DNA of 22,247 nucleotides, taken from assembly GCA_049598495.1 (NCBI GenBank), contig JBMYNR010000026.1, forward strand, positions 1-22,247, written 5' to 3'. Every line of letters starts with the position of its first letter. Positions within the stretch are counted from its first letter, which is position 1. Origin of the DNA: Opitutales bacterium (GTDB lineage: Bacteria > Verrucomicrobiota > Verrucomicrobiia > Opitutales > Coraliomargaritaceae). Of this stretch, positions 11,713-19,687 are shown piece after piece. The notes beneath the pieces were generated by a model. It was not told where the DNA came from. It saw only the letters and a list, made by a program, of their open reading frames with translations, and searched no databases. Both the position numbers and the translations under genes were made by a program.

Positions 11713-13170
11713 TTGAACGACTGCCCAGATATTCTTCCACGCGACAAGCATCTGCGTGATAGCTTTACTCCCGCCGAGTCGATGCTCTTCGGACTCGCGA
11801 TTGTTATCGCCACGGTTTCTTTCTGGCTAGCGGATCCGCGCTCGATCTGGCTCCTTGGCACGCTGATGATTCTCGGAGCACTGACTCCTTTTGTGCTTAA
11901 GGCGCACGAGCACCACCACCCATTTTTCATCGATCTACTCTGGCCGAAATTCTGGTTGTATTCCGCTCCCGTGTGGATCGTTCTCCTACAGCATTTGGTC
12001 GGCTTGAGCCAAAGCCCGCTCAGCATAATTCAATCAGGCGAACAAATCTATCACACACTCGAACCGGTACAGGTATGGCGCCCAACATCAACCGCCGACG
12101 GATCGACCTGGATCACCATTTTTGGATACTGCGGGATATTCCTGATAAGCACGCTTTTATTCATCATACCCAAGTCCCGTTCGTTTTTTGAAAGAATGTT
12201 ACCCTGGCTATGCTTGAGCGCGATCCTCGTTTGCATCTACGGATACATTCAGATCGGCTTCGGCATCAAACAACCTCCTCTAACAAAAGGGAGCGGCGCT
12301 TCGGATTTCTTTGCTTTCTTCCCCTATGATGGGCACTGGGCTGCCTTCGCTATTCTCTGGTGCGCCGTCTGCACTGCCATGACTCTACTATCCACACGCT
12401 ATGATGATAGCCCCATTTTTATCCATTCGATCGGTCCTTGGTATTTAACGGGTGCCATGCTTCTAGGAGCCTCCGGTTTTTTCCTGCAGGCAGTCGTTCC
12501 CTCGGCCATCCTAATCCTGAGCGTCTCGATCATGCTATTTACGGTCGCCGCCAATTTCCTAAAAGAATCAAAGGATCCCCACCGATTTTCAATCGCATTT
12601 AGCAGTGGCTTTTTTGCATGCCTGTTTTTTGCCACAGCTATATTCCGTTTCAATAGAGACGGAAGCTTACTCACACAAAGCGGCCCGCTCCGCAAGGCCG
12701 CTATCGATATCTTTCAAACGAACCCAATCTTTGGATGGGGTCTTGATAGTTACGAAAAATTGCTCCCATTCTTTGCTAGCGATCTCATGCTAGGGCATAG
12801 AGCCGAACGTGCCGTCTCTGATGTTCTCCAGCTACTCGTCGAATTCGGGCTTCTTGGGCTCGCTGTCACACTCGCCTATCTCGCCATATTTTCAGTTCGC
12901 TATCTGCGTATTCAACACGACATCCGCCTCACCAAGCAAATGCTTTTGGGATGTGCCGCCGTACTCATACTCTCAATCTTTGACAGTCCATTCATGTCTC
13001 CTGCTGTGTTTTATAGCTTTTTTGTTATCTTCTTCAGCGCTATGCGATGGGCAGACCTAAGCCGAAACAAAGCAGATGAAGTGGACGCGCAGAAGCCACA
13101 GTTGGTGACTCCGGAGAGTATGCGAAATGTCCCTTTTTTCACAAAACCCTATCATGAGAAGGAAAAATGA
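11713..13170 (+). CDS. O-antigen ligase (Wzy_C/WaaL)-like polytopic membrane protein
   Basis: About 12 hydrophobic segments; YGYIQ, FPYDGH, R..AIDIF..NPIFGWGLDSY, SD.LQLLVEFGLLG typical of this family. The TTG start is uncertain. Confidence 0.7.
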   Translation: MNDCPDILPRDKHLRDSFTPAESMLFGLAIVIATVSFWLADPRSIWLLGTLMILGALTPFVLKAHEHHHPFFIDLLWPKFWLYSAPVWIVLLQHLVGLSQSPLSIIQSGEQIYHTLEPVQVWRPTSTADGSTWITIFGYCGIFLISTLLFIIPKSRSFFERMLPWLCLSAILVCIYGYIQIGFGIKQPPLTKGSGASDFFAFFPYDGHWAAFAILWCAVCTAMTLLSTRYDDSPIFIHSIGPWYLTGAMLLGASGFFLQAVVPSAILILSVSIMLFTVAANFLKESKDPHRFSIAFSSGFFACLFFATAIFRFNRDGSLLTQSGPLRKAAIDIFQTNPIFGWGLDSYEKLLPFFASDLMLGHRAERAVSDVLQLLVEFGLLGLAVTLAYLAIFSVRYLRIQHDIRLTKQMLLGCAAVLILSIFDSPFMSPAVFYSFFVIFFSAMRWADLSRNKADEVDAQKPQLVTPESMRNVPFFTKPYHEKEK

Positions 13171-14548
13171 CGCGCAATCTTTTGATTATATCGTGATTGG
13201 TGGCGGAAGCGGAGGCTACGCAGCCGCCCGGACTGCCAGAGAGACATGCGACCATGTCGCGATCGTTGACTGCGGGTCAAGATTGGGCGGCTTATGCATT
13301 CTGCGTGGATGCATGCCCTCAAAGACACTGATCTATTCCGCAGAGGTCCTGCACCTCGCACAGCTAGCCGAAAAGTTTGGCCTCAATATCCAGGAGGCAA
13401 AAGTCGATATGGAGCGACTTCATAAAAGAAAACTGGATATCATCGATGAGTTCGCCGATTACCGACAGGAGCAACTCGAAAGTGACCGTTTCACTCTCTT
13501 CAGAAACTGGGCAAGGTTTATCGATGAGAACACGATCGAACTCGACGACGGAACCCGCCTAAGGGCGGATCATTTCATGATCGCGACCGGATCAGTCGTC
13601 TCGGAGCCACCGATCCCTGGGCTCGCCGATGTCCCCTACTGGACGAGTGACGATATCCTCGATCTGGATTTCCTGCCTGAGAAGATCATCGTGCTCGGCG
13701 GAGGTATTGTTGCCTGCGAGCTATCTCAGTTTCTACGGCGTATCGGCACTGAGGTCATTCAAATTCAACGAAGTCCTCACATACTGAAGGAAATCTCTTC
13801 CGATGCCGCCGAGGTCATTGAGCAACAGCTGATCAGTGAAGGCGTCGACCTCTACACGGGGACTACCCTTGTAGCTATTTCACATGACGATAGCGGTTTC
13901 ACTGTCGATTTCTCTCAGGATGGATCCAGTAAGCGGGTCTGCGCTCCTTTTCTTCTCAACGCACTGGGACGAACCCCAGCAACGGAGGAACTCGGCCTCG
14001 AAGTGACCGGTATCGAAACCGAGACCAGTGGCCAGATTCGCTGCGACAATTTTCAAACTACCAGCAATCCGAAGGTGTCAGCCTGTGGCGATGTGGCCGG
14101 CCCCCACGAGATCGTCCACGTCGCCATCATGCAGGGGGAATTGGCCGCAAGGCATGCCACGGGTCGCTCGGCCTCGCCCGTCGACTACGATAGCCTCTTA
14201 GGCGTTGTATTCACCGATCCACAGATTGGCCACGTCGGGCTCAGCGAGGACACACTCAAGGAACGTGGGGTCGAATATCTGAGTGCAAATTATCCCTTCG
14301 ATGATCACGGAAAGTCGATCCTAATGGAAGCCAAACGGGGCTACGTTAAAGTAGTGGCTGATAAAACGAGCGGTGTCATTCTGGGGGCTGAATGTGTCGG
14401 CAAAGACGGGGGAGAACTCATCCACACCATGGCCGTCGCTGTGACAATGAAGGCTACGGTTCACGACCTGCTCAAAGTCCACTGGTACCACCCGACACTC
14501 TCCGAGATCTGGAGCTACCCGCTCGAAGATATTGCCGATCGGCTTTAG
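13154..14548 (+). CDS. Pyridine nucleotide-disulfide oxidoreductase, dihydrolipoamide dehydrogenase-like
   Basis: GGGSGG FAD motif, GGLCILRGCMPSK redox disulfide, IATGS, GGGIVACE, GDV, HPTLSE. No C-terminal Cys-Cys. Start uncertain (in-frame ATGs at 13127 and 13154). Confidence 0.88.
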   Translation: MRRKNDAQSFDYIVIGGGSGGYAAARTARETCDHVAIVDCGSRLGGLCILRGCMPSKTLIYSAEVLHLAQLAEKFGLNIQEAKVDMERLHKRKLDIIDEFADYRQEQLESDRFTLFRNWARFIDENTIELDDGTRLRADHFMIATGSVVSEPPIPGLADVPYWTSDDILDLDFLPEKIIVLGGGIVACELSQFLRRIGTEVIQIQRSPHILKEISSDAAEVIEQQLISEGVDLYTGTTLVAISHDDSGFTVDFSQDGSSKRVCAPFLLNALGRTPATEELGLEVTGIETETSGQIRCDNFQTTSNPKVSACGDVAGPHEIVHVAIMQGELAARHATGRSASPVDYDSLLGVVFTDPQIGHVGLSEDTLKERGVEYLSANYPFDDHGKSILMEAKRGYVKVVADKTSGVILGAECVGKDGGELIHTMAVAVTMKATVHDLLKVHWYHPTLSEIWSYPLEDIADRL

Positions 14549-14633
14549 GGCGCGTCGTAGGGCTGCGCGGCCAAAGGATACGCATTGACCCCGTCGCCGA
14601 ATCGTTCATTCATCTTCTACCTGAATCAGCTTT

Positions 14634-14711
<78 letters not shown>

Positions 14712-14739
14712 TTCGCCTTTCGGTTTACATATGGTGCAG

Positions 14740-15375
14740 CTATCTGGCAGGCCCCTGAAAGGCCTGCCAATTTTGCCAGGCGAAGAGTGCCATAAAGATG
14801 GGCAGAAGAATGGTGTTAAGCAGATAATAGCCAGCCAAGCCGATCACGGCAGCACAGATGGCTCCGATCATATAGACATAGCGTTGGTTGTTGGGCCCGA
14901 GCACCGCCGCGAGCATTTGCCCACCATCCATTGGATATATCGGCAAGCAATTCAGAACTGACCAGACGAGACTGACCCAGATTAGATTGAACAAGAAGGG
15001 CATGAATAATGAGCCTTCAGGAATCGTGATTATATTCGCAAGTAGGATGAGAAGCACCCCCATCGCGAACTGAACACCAGGCCCTGCCGCCGTCACTGCG
15101 AAGGACTGCCTCCGGTTCAAACGACCTGCCGGAAAGGTGGCGAACCCTCCGAAGGCATGCAGGGTAATGACAGTCGGCAGGCCGTAGCGGCGTATCATAA
15201 GCGCATGACCGAGTTCATGGACGAGGATCGAGAGAAATCCCGCGAACATAAAAACGAATACAAGTAGAATCTCGATGGAACTACTCGCACCGAAAGCCCC
15301 ACCGATCAACGCCATAGTGATCCAGAACCAAGGCTGAACCTGTATCGGAATTCCAAATATACAAAAGCGTAACAT
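14740..15375 (-). CDS. Site-2 protease (M50 family membrane metalloprotease)
   Basis: HELGH, AAGP, NCLPIYPMDGG motifs in a hydrophobic protein. Confidence 0.92.
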   Translation of the reverse strand: MLRFCIFGIPIQVQPWFWITMALIGGAFGASSSIEILLVFVFMFAGFLSILVHELGHALMIRRYGLPTVITLHAFGGFATFPAGRLNRRQSFAVTAAGPGVQFAMGVLLILLANIITIPEGSLFMPFLFNLIWVSLVWSVLNCLPIYPMDGGQMLAAVLGPNNQRYVYMIGAICAAVIGLAGYYLLNTILLPIFMALFAWQNWQAFQGPAR

Positions 15376-15378
15376 TGC

Positions 15379-15975
15379 TTATTCGTAGATTCGACGTCCT
15401 TCGAGGGCACTGCGAAGCGTCACCGAATCAGCGTAAGTCACGCCACCACCGCTGGGGAGACCAAAACCAATACGAGAGACCTTGATCGAGCGCTCAACCA
15501 CCAGTTCTTCCTGAATGTAATGACAGGTCGCCTGTCCTTCGATATCGTTGGAAAGCGCAAGCACGAGTTCACGAACACTTCCCGAAGCAATCTTCTCTGA
15601 AAGGCCCTTGAAATTCAACTGCTCCGGCCCAACTCCATGGATAGGTGATAGCTTTCCATGAAGTACATGATACCTGCCCTTCCAGGCATTGGAACGCTCG
15701 ATCGCGATCAGATCGGGAACATGTTCCACGACACAGATGGTGCCGGCGTCTCGCCGTTCATCCTCACAAATCGGACAAAGGCCCCCCTCCGCAATGTTCC
15801 CACACAGTTCGCAGCGCCTGACTGCCTCGCTGGCCCCCATCATCGCGCCGATCAATTCGGACATCGATTCCGGCTTTTCAACAAGAAGATACATGGCCAC
15901 TCGCTCCGCAGAGCGATACCCCAAACCGGGCAGGCGCTTCAGTTGCTGAAGCAGTGAATCGTAAGCAGGTGTCAC
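15379..15975 (-). CDS. recR: Recombination mediator RecR
   Basis: LPGLG.RSAER HhH, CELC-x8-CPIC zinc finger, ICVVE, YHVLHG.LSP, Toprim domain, C-terminal ALEGR. GTG start. Confidence 0.97.
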   Translation of the reverse strand: MTPAYDSLLQQLKRLPGLGYRSAERVAMYLLVEKPESMSELIGAMMGASEAVRRCELCGNIAEGGLCPICEDERRDAGTICVVEHVPDLIAIERSNAWKGRYHVLHGKLSPIHGVGPEQLNFKGLSEKIASGSVRELVLALSNDIEGQATCHYIQEELVVERSIKVSRIGFGLPSGGGVTYADSVTLRSALEGRRIYE

Positions 15976-15992
15976 AAATGGATGTAGGTAAA

Positions 15993-16301
15993 TCAGAAAC
16001 CCGGGAAACCACCCATACCTCCGGTAACAGCGCCCATCGCTTCTTCACTGGTTTCCTTGGCCTTGGCCGCCGCTTCCTGAACGGCCGAGAGCAGTGTTTC
16101 CTCAACAAAGTCGGTGTCCTCCTTCAGAAACTCCGGATCGAGATTGAAGGACTGAAACTCACCCTGCCCGTTAATTTGAATATTGACGGCGCCACCCCCG
16201 CTGGAGACTTCAAGAATCGTCTCCGAGAGCTTGGTCTGAACGGCCTCCATTTGCTTCTGCATTTTTTGGGCCTGCTTAAGTAATTTTCCGACTCCTGGCA
16301 T
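15993..16301 (-). CDS. ybaB: YbaB/EbfC family nucleoid-associated protein
   Basis: LLKQAQKMQKQM, SGGGAV...NG, DP motifs; directly upstream of recR; GAAGGA upstream of ATG 16301. Confidence 0.95.
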   Translation of the reverse strand: MPGVGKLLKQAQKMQKQMEAVQTKLSETILEVSSGGGAVNIQINGQGEFQSFNLDPEFLKEDTDFVEETLLSAVQEAAAKAKETSEEAMGAVTGGMGGFPGF

Positions 16302-16372
16302 CTGTGTTCCTTCTTTGTAGGTATGATTTGATAAGTTAACCTGTGTAGTGTCCAGAATCTGGCAGCCCTGAG

Positions 16373-16807
16373 TCAAGTCGATTGACGGATCGACTTGCTG
16401 ACAATCACGCGAAATCCGACTGGGCCATCCGATTTACCTAGAACGAGAGAGTGCGCACCCTCCCCCAGTGAAACCTGGCTATACTGACCGTGACGAACAC
16501 CTAGGCGCTCGCCGTTGACGATTGTTCCCAGTCGACTGCTTAAGTCGCGAATAATCACGCCATCGGGCAAGCGTTCGATCTCACAATGACGCCTTGATAC
16601 CGTATAGGGATAAGGCTGCGCGATCAAACAGTCGGGAGGTTCCATATCGTAGCAATATGCGCGACTGGCACTTCGCCGCCCCATAGAATACACTCTATGA
16701 TCTATCGTGCGGGCCGCAAGAAGCGACTGGGCTCGCATTGGATCTGTGGCCGGTTCAATCACGACTTTGATTAACTCTTCCGTTGCAGCATATGTTTTGT
16801 TACTCAC
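16373..16807 (-). CDS. Stand-alone FHA domain protein
   Basis: FHA motifs MGRR, VSRRHC, DLSSRLGTIVNG, LVLG. Confidence 0.85.
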   Translation of the reverse strand: MSNKTYAATEELIKVVIEPATDPMRAQSLLAARTIDHRVYSMGRRSASRAYCYDMEPPDCLIAQPYPYTVSRRHCEIERLPDGVIIRDLSSRLGTIVNGERLGVRHGQYSQVSLGEGAHSLVLGKSDGPVGFRVIVSKSIRQST

Positions 16808-16877
16808 ATTTTTTGCATCGCAACATCTGTGCCAATAGTTACTTGGCAGCAGATTTACTAAGGGACGAACCTAGCGA

Positions 16878-17595
16878 CTAAAGCGCCTCAACGAAGAGCT
16901 TAAATCGAGCTCGGCTATCGGGAGCACCCAAAATCAGGAAGTTTTCGCCAACAGTCAGCGTGGCCCGAGTCTCACCGCTACTTCCACCGATGTGAATACC
17001 ATTCACAATGGTTCCAAGCTTACTGCAGTGGTCCTCGATAAAAACCTCATCGGCAAACATATCTAGGAGGCAATGCTTACGGGAGACCCTGAAAGGCGGT
17101 GGTTCGGCGAACAACAACACCCTCCGAAGCTATCTGCTTGCGCATTTCATCGGAATCCGGTTCCAGGCGAACAAGCAAGGAATTCTGGTCCAAGCCAAAG
17201 GCCTCCAGATGATGGGGTTCTGAAGGCTCCAGCTCGTTGAGGCGATCCAATGCGGCAAGCAGTCGCCCATTCGTTATGCGCAACCGGTCAATAATGGCAC
17301 GAAGAAAGGGCACGAGTTCGCGCCCCTCGTCCTTAAGGGCTTCCATAAATTCATCCCGATCGATCATTTCGACTTCGGTTTCAGTGAGGGCTCGGGCCGA
17401 GGCAGAACGAGTGCGGTTCTCCACCATCGCCATCTCTCCGAAAACGTCACCCCGGGCGAGATTCGCCAGCACGACTTTCCGGCCGCGATCATCAATCGAA
17501 ATTTCGATGCTCCCCTTCTTAATCATGAAAGCCTCATGCCCAATACTTCCCTCGTTGAAGATGAGTTTACCCTCCGGAAAAATTTCCGTTTTCAT
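16878..17595 (-). pseudogene. Cyclic-nucleotide-binding + FHA domain protein, split by an apparent deletion/frameshift near 17104-17117
   Basis: 17595-17104 encodes a cNMP domain (IFNEG, G.IEI, FGEMAM....RSASARA) plus linker. A second frame, 17117-16878, encodes the C-terminal part of an FHA domain (VSRKHC, DHCSKLGTIVNG). The FHA GR motif is missing. Confidence 0.8.
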
Positions 17596-17619
17596 TCCAC
17601 CTTATTTTGAATTCCTCGA

Positions 17620-18072
17620 TTAACCCGGATACTCTGAAAACACATAGCGACGCAAATTCTCCGCCTCCATCTCGTTGACCTTGAGCAACCATCGCGTCAC
17701 ATCACCAATCGAAATCAAGCCGACGAGACGCCCTTCATCCAAAACAGGCAAGTGGCGAACACGCTTATCCGTGATCATTTGCATCGCGACCTCAACCGAT
17801 GTCTCGGGGCTCAGCCATTGATAACTCTCAGTCATGACCTCCCGCACAAGAGTCACCTTGGGATCACGCCCCGCAGAGACCACACGGACCAGCACATCTC
17901 GCTCGGTAAAGATTCCGCAAACCGAATCCCCTCGCTTCACCACAACAGATCCAATCCGCTGCCGGTTCATTTCGGCGACTGCCTGATCCACAGACATCTG
18001 CTCCGTGACACAAAACACAGAGGAACTCTTTTCATTGAGGAGCAGAGAAACCGCGACTTTATTTAGGGGCAT
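17620..18072 (-). CDS. CBS-pair (Bateman module) protein
   Basis: SV..AV..M....IGSVVV, GIFTERD, VREVMT, RVRHLPV, GLISIGDV. ATG 18072 preferred over TTG 18108. Confidence 0.93.
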   Translation of the reverse strand: MPLNKVAVSLLLNEKSSSVFCVTEQMSVDQAVAEMNRQRIGSVVVKRGDSVCGIFTERDVLVRVVSAGRDPKVTLVREVMTESYQWLSPETSVEVAMQMITDKRVRHLPVLDEGRLVGLISIGDVTRWLLKVNEMEAENLRRYVFSEYPG

Positions 18073-18182
18073 GGATTGCGATGTTGTGAGTTTCTCACTC
18101 TCTGGCAACCCCTCTTTGCTTCAGGATTAGGCGCATGCAAAAAACATCGACAGGCAAGGCATACGCAACTCTCAATGGAGCC

Positions 18183-19139
18183 ATGAAACTATCTATAGGC
18201 GTCGATATCGGTGGAACCAACACCTGCCTGGGCGTCGTCGCTCCCGACGGCTCCGTGCTCACGCGCAGTCAATTTAGAACGGATGCATTCGATGACGGCA
18301 CTGTCTTCGTTGATGATTTAAGCAAAAGGATCACCGAGCTCATGGCAAATCATGAAGCCAAGCACGGAGCGACGGTATGGCAAGGTGTCGGCATCGGCGC
18401 GCCCAATGGAAACTATCGGAGCGGGTCCATCGAAGAACCTCCAAATCTTCGCTTCAAGGGGGTCACGCCAATCGTATCCCTTCTAAAAGAAAGACTCCAT
18501 CTATCGGCCATCAAGCTGACAAATGATGCCAATGCGGCCGCAATCGGTGAAAAGATCTACGGCGCGGCAAGGAACTACAGCGATTTCATCATGATCACCT
18601 TAGGCACAGGTCTTGGCAGTGGGATCTTTGTAAATAATCAATTGGTTTACGGCCACGATGGCTTTGCCGGAGAGCTCGGCCATATCAGCGTCATTCCCGA
18701 TGGCCGTTATTGTGGTTTCGGACGCCGGGGTAGCCTCGAGAATTATTGCTCCGCAACAGGTATTCGCAGGACCTACTTCGAAATGATCGCACAACGCGGT
18801 GGCGGCACTTCCCTGGATCATAAACCGCTCGGGGAAATCACCGCAAAAGACATCGCAGATGCTGCCGACGCAGGGGATGAAATTGCAATGGCGACAATGG
18901 ACTTTACCGGAAGAATCCTTGGCGAGGCACTCGCATCGACTGCCCTCGTCACTAGCCCGGCCGCCTTTTTCCTCTTCGGCGGGCCGGTCAAGGCAGGCGA
19001 TGTCCTCCTTGAACCGACCCGTCGTTCCTTCGAGCGGCACCTCATTCCTCCCTTCAAGAACAAGATCAAGATCGTTGAGTCGGCTCTACCAATGGGCGAT
19101 GCCGCCGTGATGGGTGCCGCCGCCCTCGTTGCCGATTAA
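18183..19139 (+). CDS. ROK family sugar kinase (glucokinase-like)
   Basis: GVDIGGT, GIGAP, NDANAAAIGE, TLGTGLGSG, AGELGH, LE.Y.SATG, GAA. GGAG upstream of ATG 18183. Confidence 0.93.
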   Translation: MKLSIGVDIGGTNTCLGVVAPDGSVLTRSQFRTDAFDDGTVFVDDLSKRITELMANHEAKHGATVWQGVGIGAPNGNYRSGSIEEPPNLRFKGVTPIVSLLKERLHLSAIKLTNDANAAAIGEKIYGAARNYSDFIMITLGTGLGSGIFVNNQLVYGHDGFAGELGHISVIPDGRYCGFGRRGSLENYCSATGIRRTYFEMIAQRGGGTSLDHKPLGEITAKDIADAADAGDEIAMATMDFTGRILGEALASTALVTSPAAFFLFGGPVKAGDVLLEPTRRSFERHLIPPFKNKIKIVESALPMGDAAVMGAAALVAD

Positions 19140-19150
19140 AGCCGATTAAA
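19131..19150. repeat. 10-bp tandem duplication GCCGATTAAA x2 spanning the ROK stop codon
   Basis: Exact adjacent copies at 19131-19140 and 19141-19150. Confidence 0.85.
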
Positions 19151-19186
19151 GAAAACGCCGCTCACAAACGAAAATTGTGAACGGCG
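19148..19186 (-). terminator. Rho-independent terminator oriented on the minus strand
   Basis: Minus strand CGCCGTTCACAA-TTTTCGT-TTGTGAGCGGCG-TTTTCTTT: a 12-bp stem with one G-U pair (a C/A mismatch on plus), followed by a U tract. Confidence 0.75.
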
Positions 19187-19262
19187 CACTCTAACAAACA
19201 ACAAACAACAAACAGTATACTACGAGCGTATATGGATATAGACGCCCTCGGATAAACTGCGT
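19148..19262 (-). ncRNA. Candidate small RNA (5' hairpin, GU-rich linker, terminator); 5' end approximate
   Basis: Orphan minus-strand terminator, (GTTTGTT)x3 at 19193-19213, and a hairpin at 19223-19250, all between two plus-strand genes. Confidence 0.4.
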
Positions 19263-19342
19263 TCAATCTTTGCGAAAAAAGTGAGGGCAAATATGCAATC
19301 ATCATCTTCGAAGATTAGAAATATGTAACCAACTGATTTCCA

Positions 19343-19666
19343 ATGCGTAACGACGAATTCAGCCCCGCAAAAGACAGCCAAACACAGGCCGAGAAACTGG
19401 AAAAATATTCCGGCGACGTCCAATGGAGCTATTTACGCCCCCACTTCGAGACAGGAAGCATGATTTATGTGGACCCCTGCCTGGATTTGAAAGCGGTCGG
19501 GCTTGTTTTTGCGAACGATAACCAAACTCAGGTTCAGGCTTGGCTAAAATCAGGGGATCTTGTTCAGCCCTGTGATTTGCACGCGAAGCACTGGGAAACG
19601 ACTGAAACGCGCTTCCAAGCTATGATCGTTCGCCCCTTCGTCCTAGCGCAGCCGTTGAAACCGTAA
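19343..19666 (+). CDS. DUF2288 family protein
   Basis: Pattern W..L.PH...G..I.V...LDL..V......D....V..WL..G.L ... F.A.IV.PFVL.Q, recognised by eye. Confidence 0.8.
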   Translation: MRNDEFSPAKDSQTQAEKLEKYSGDVQWSYLRPHFETGSMIYVDPCLDLKAVGLVFANDNQTQVQAWLKSGDLVQPCDLHAKHWETTETRFQAMIVRPFVLAQPLKP

Positions 19667-19687
19667 TTAGCCCAACCTCACACAGAT

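Noticed and set aside
13154..14548. Mercuric reductase (merA) call, tempting because chrA is nearby
   Set aside because: No C-terminal Cys-Cys pair, no metal-binding N-terminal domain and no mer genes; HPTLSE is lipoamide-dehydrogenase-like.
17104..17120. Programmed ribosomal frameshift joining cNMP and FHA
   Set aside because: No standard slippery heptamer, and the essential GR segment is absent, so a deletion explains it better.
17077..17595. CRP/FNR transcription factor
   Set aside because: No C-terminal HTH; the sequence after the cNMP domain matches the pre-FHA segment of the neighbouring paralog.
19220..19423. 67-aa minus-strand ORF as the gene served by the orphan terminator
   Set aside because: It overlaps the DUF2288 gene in antisense, uses a non-ATG start and has no motif. 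A smaller peptide cannot be excluded.
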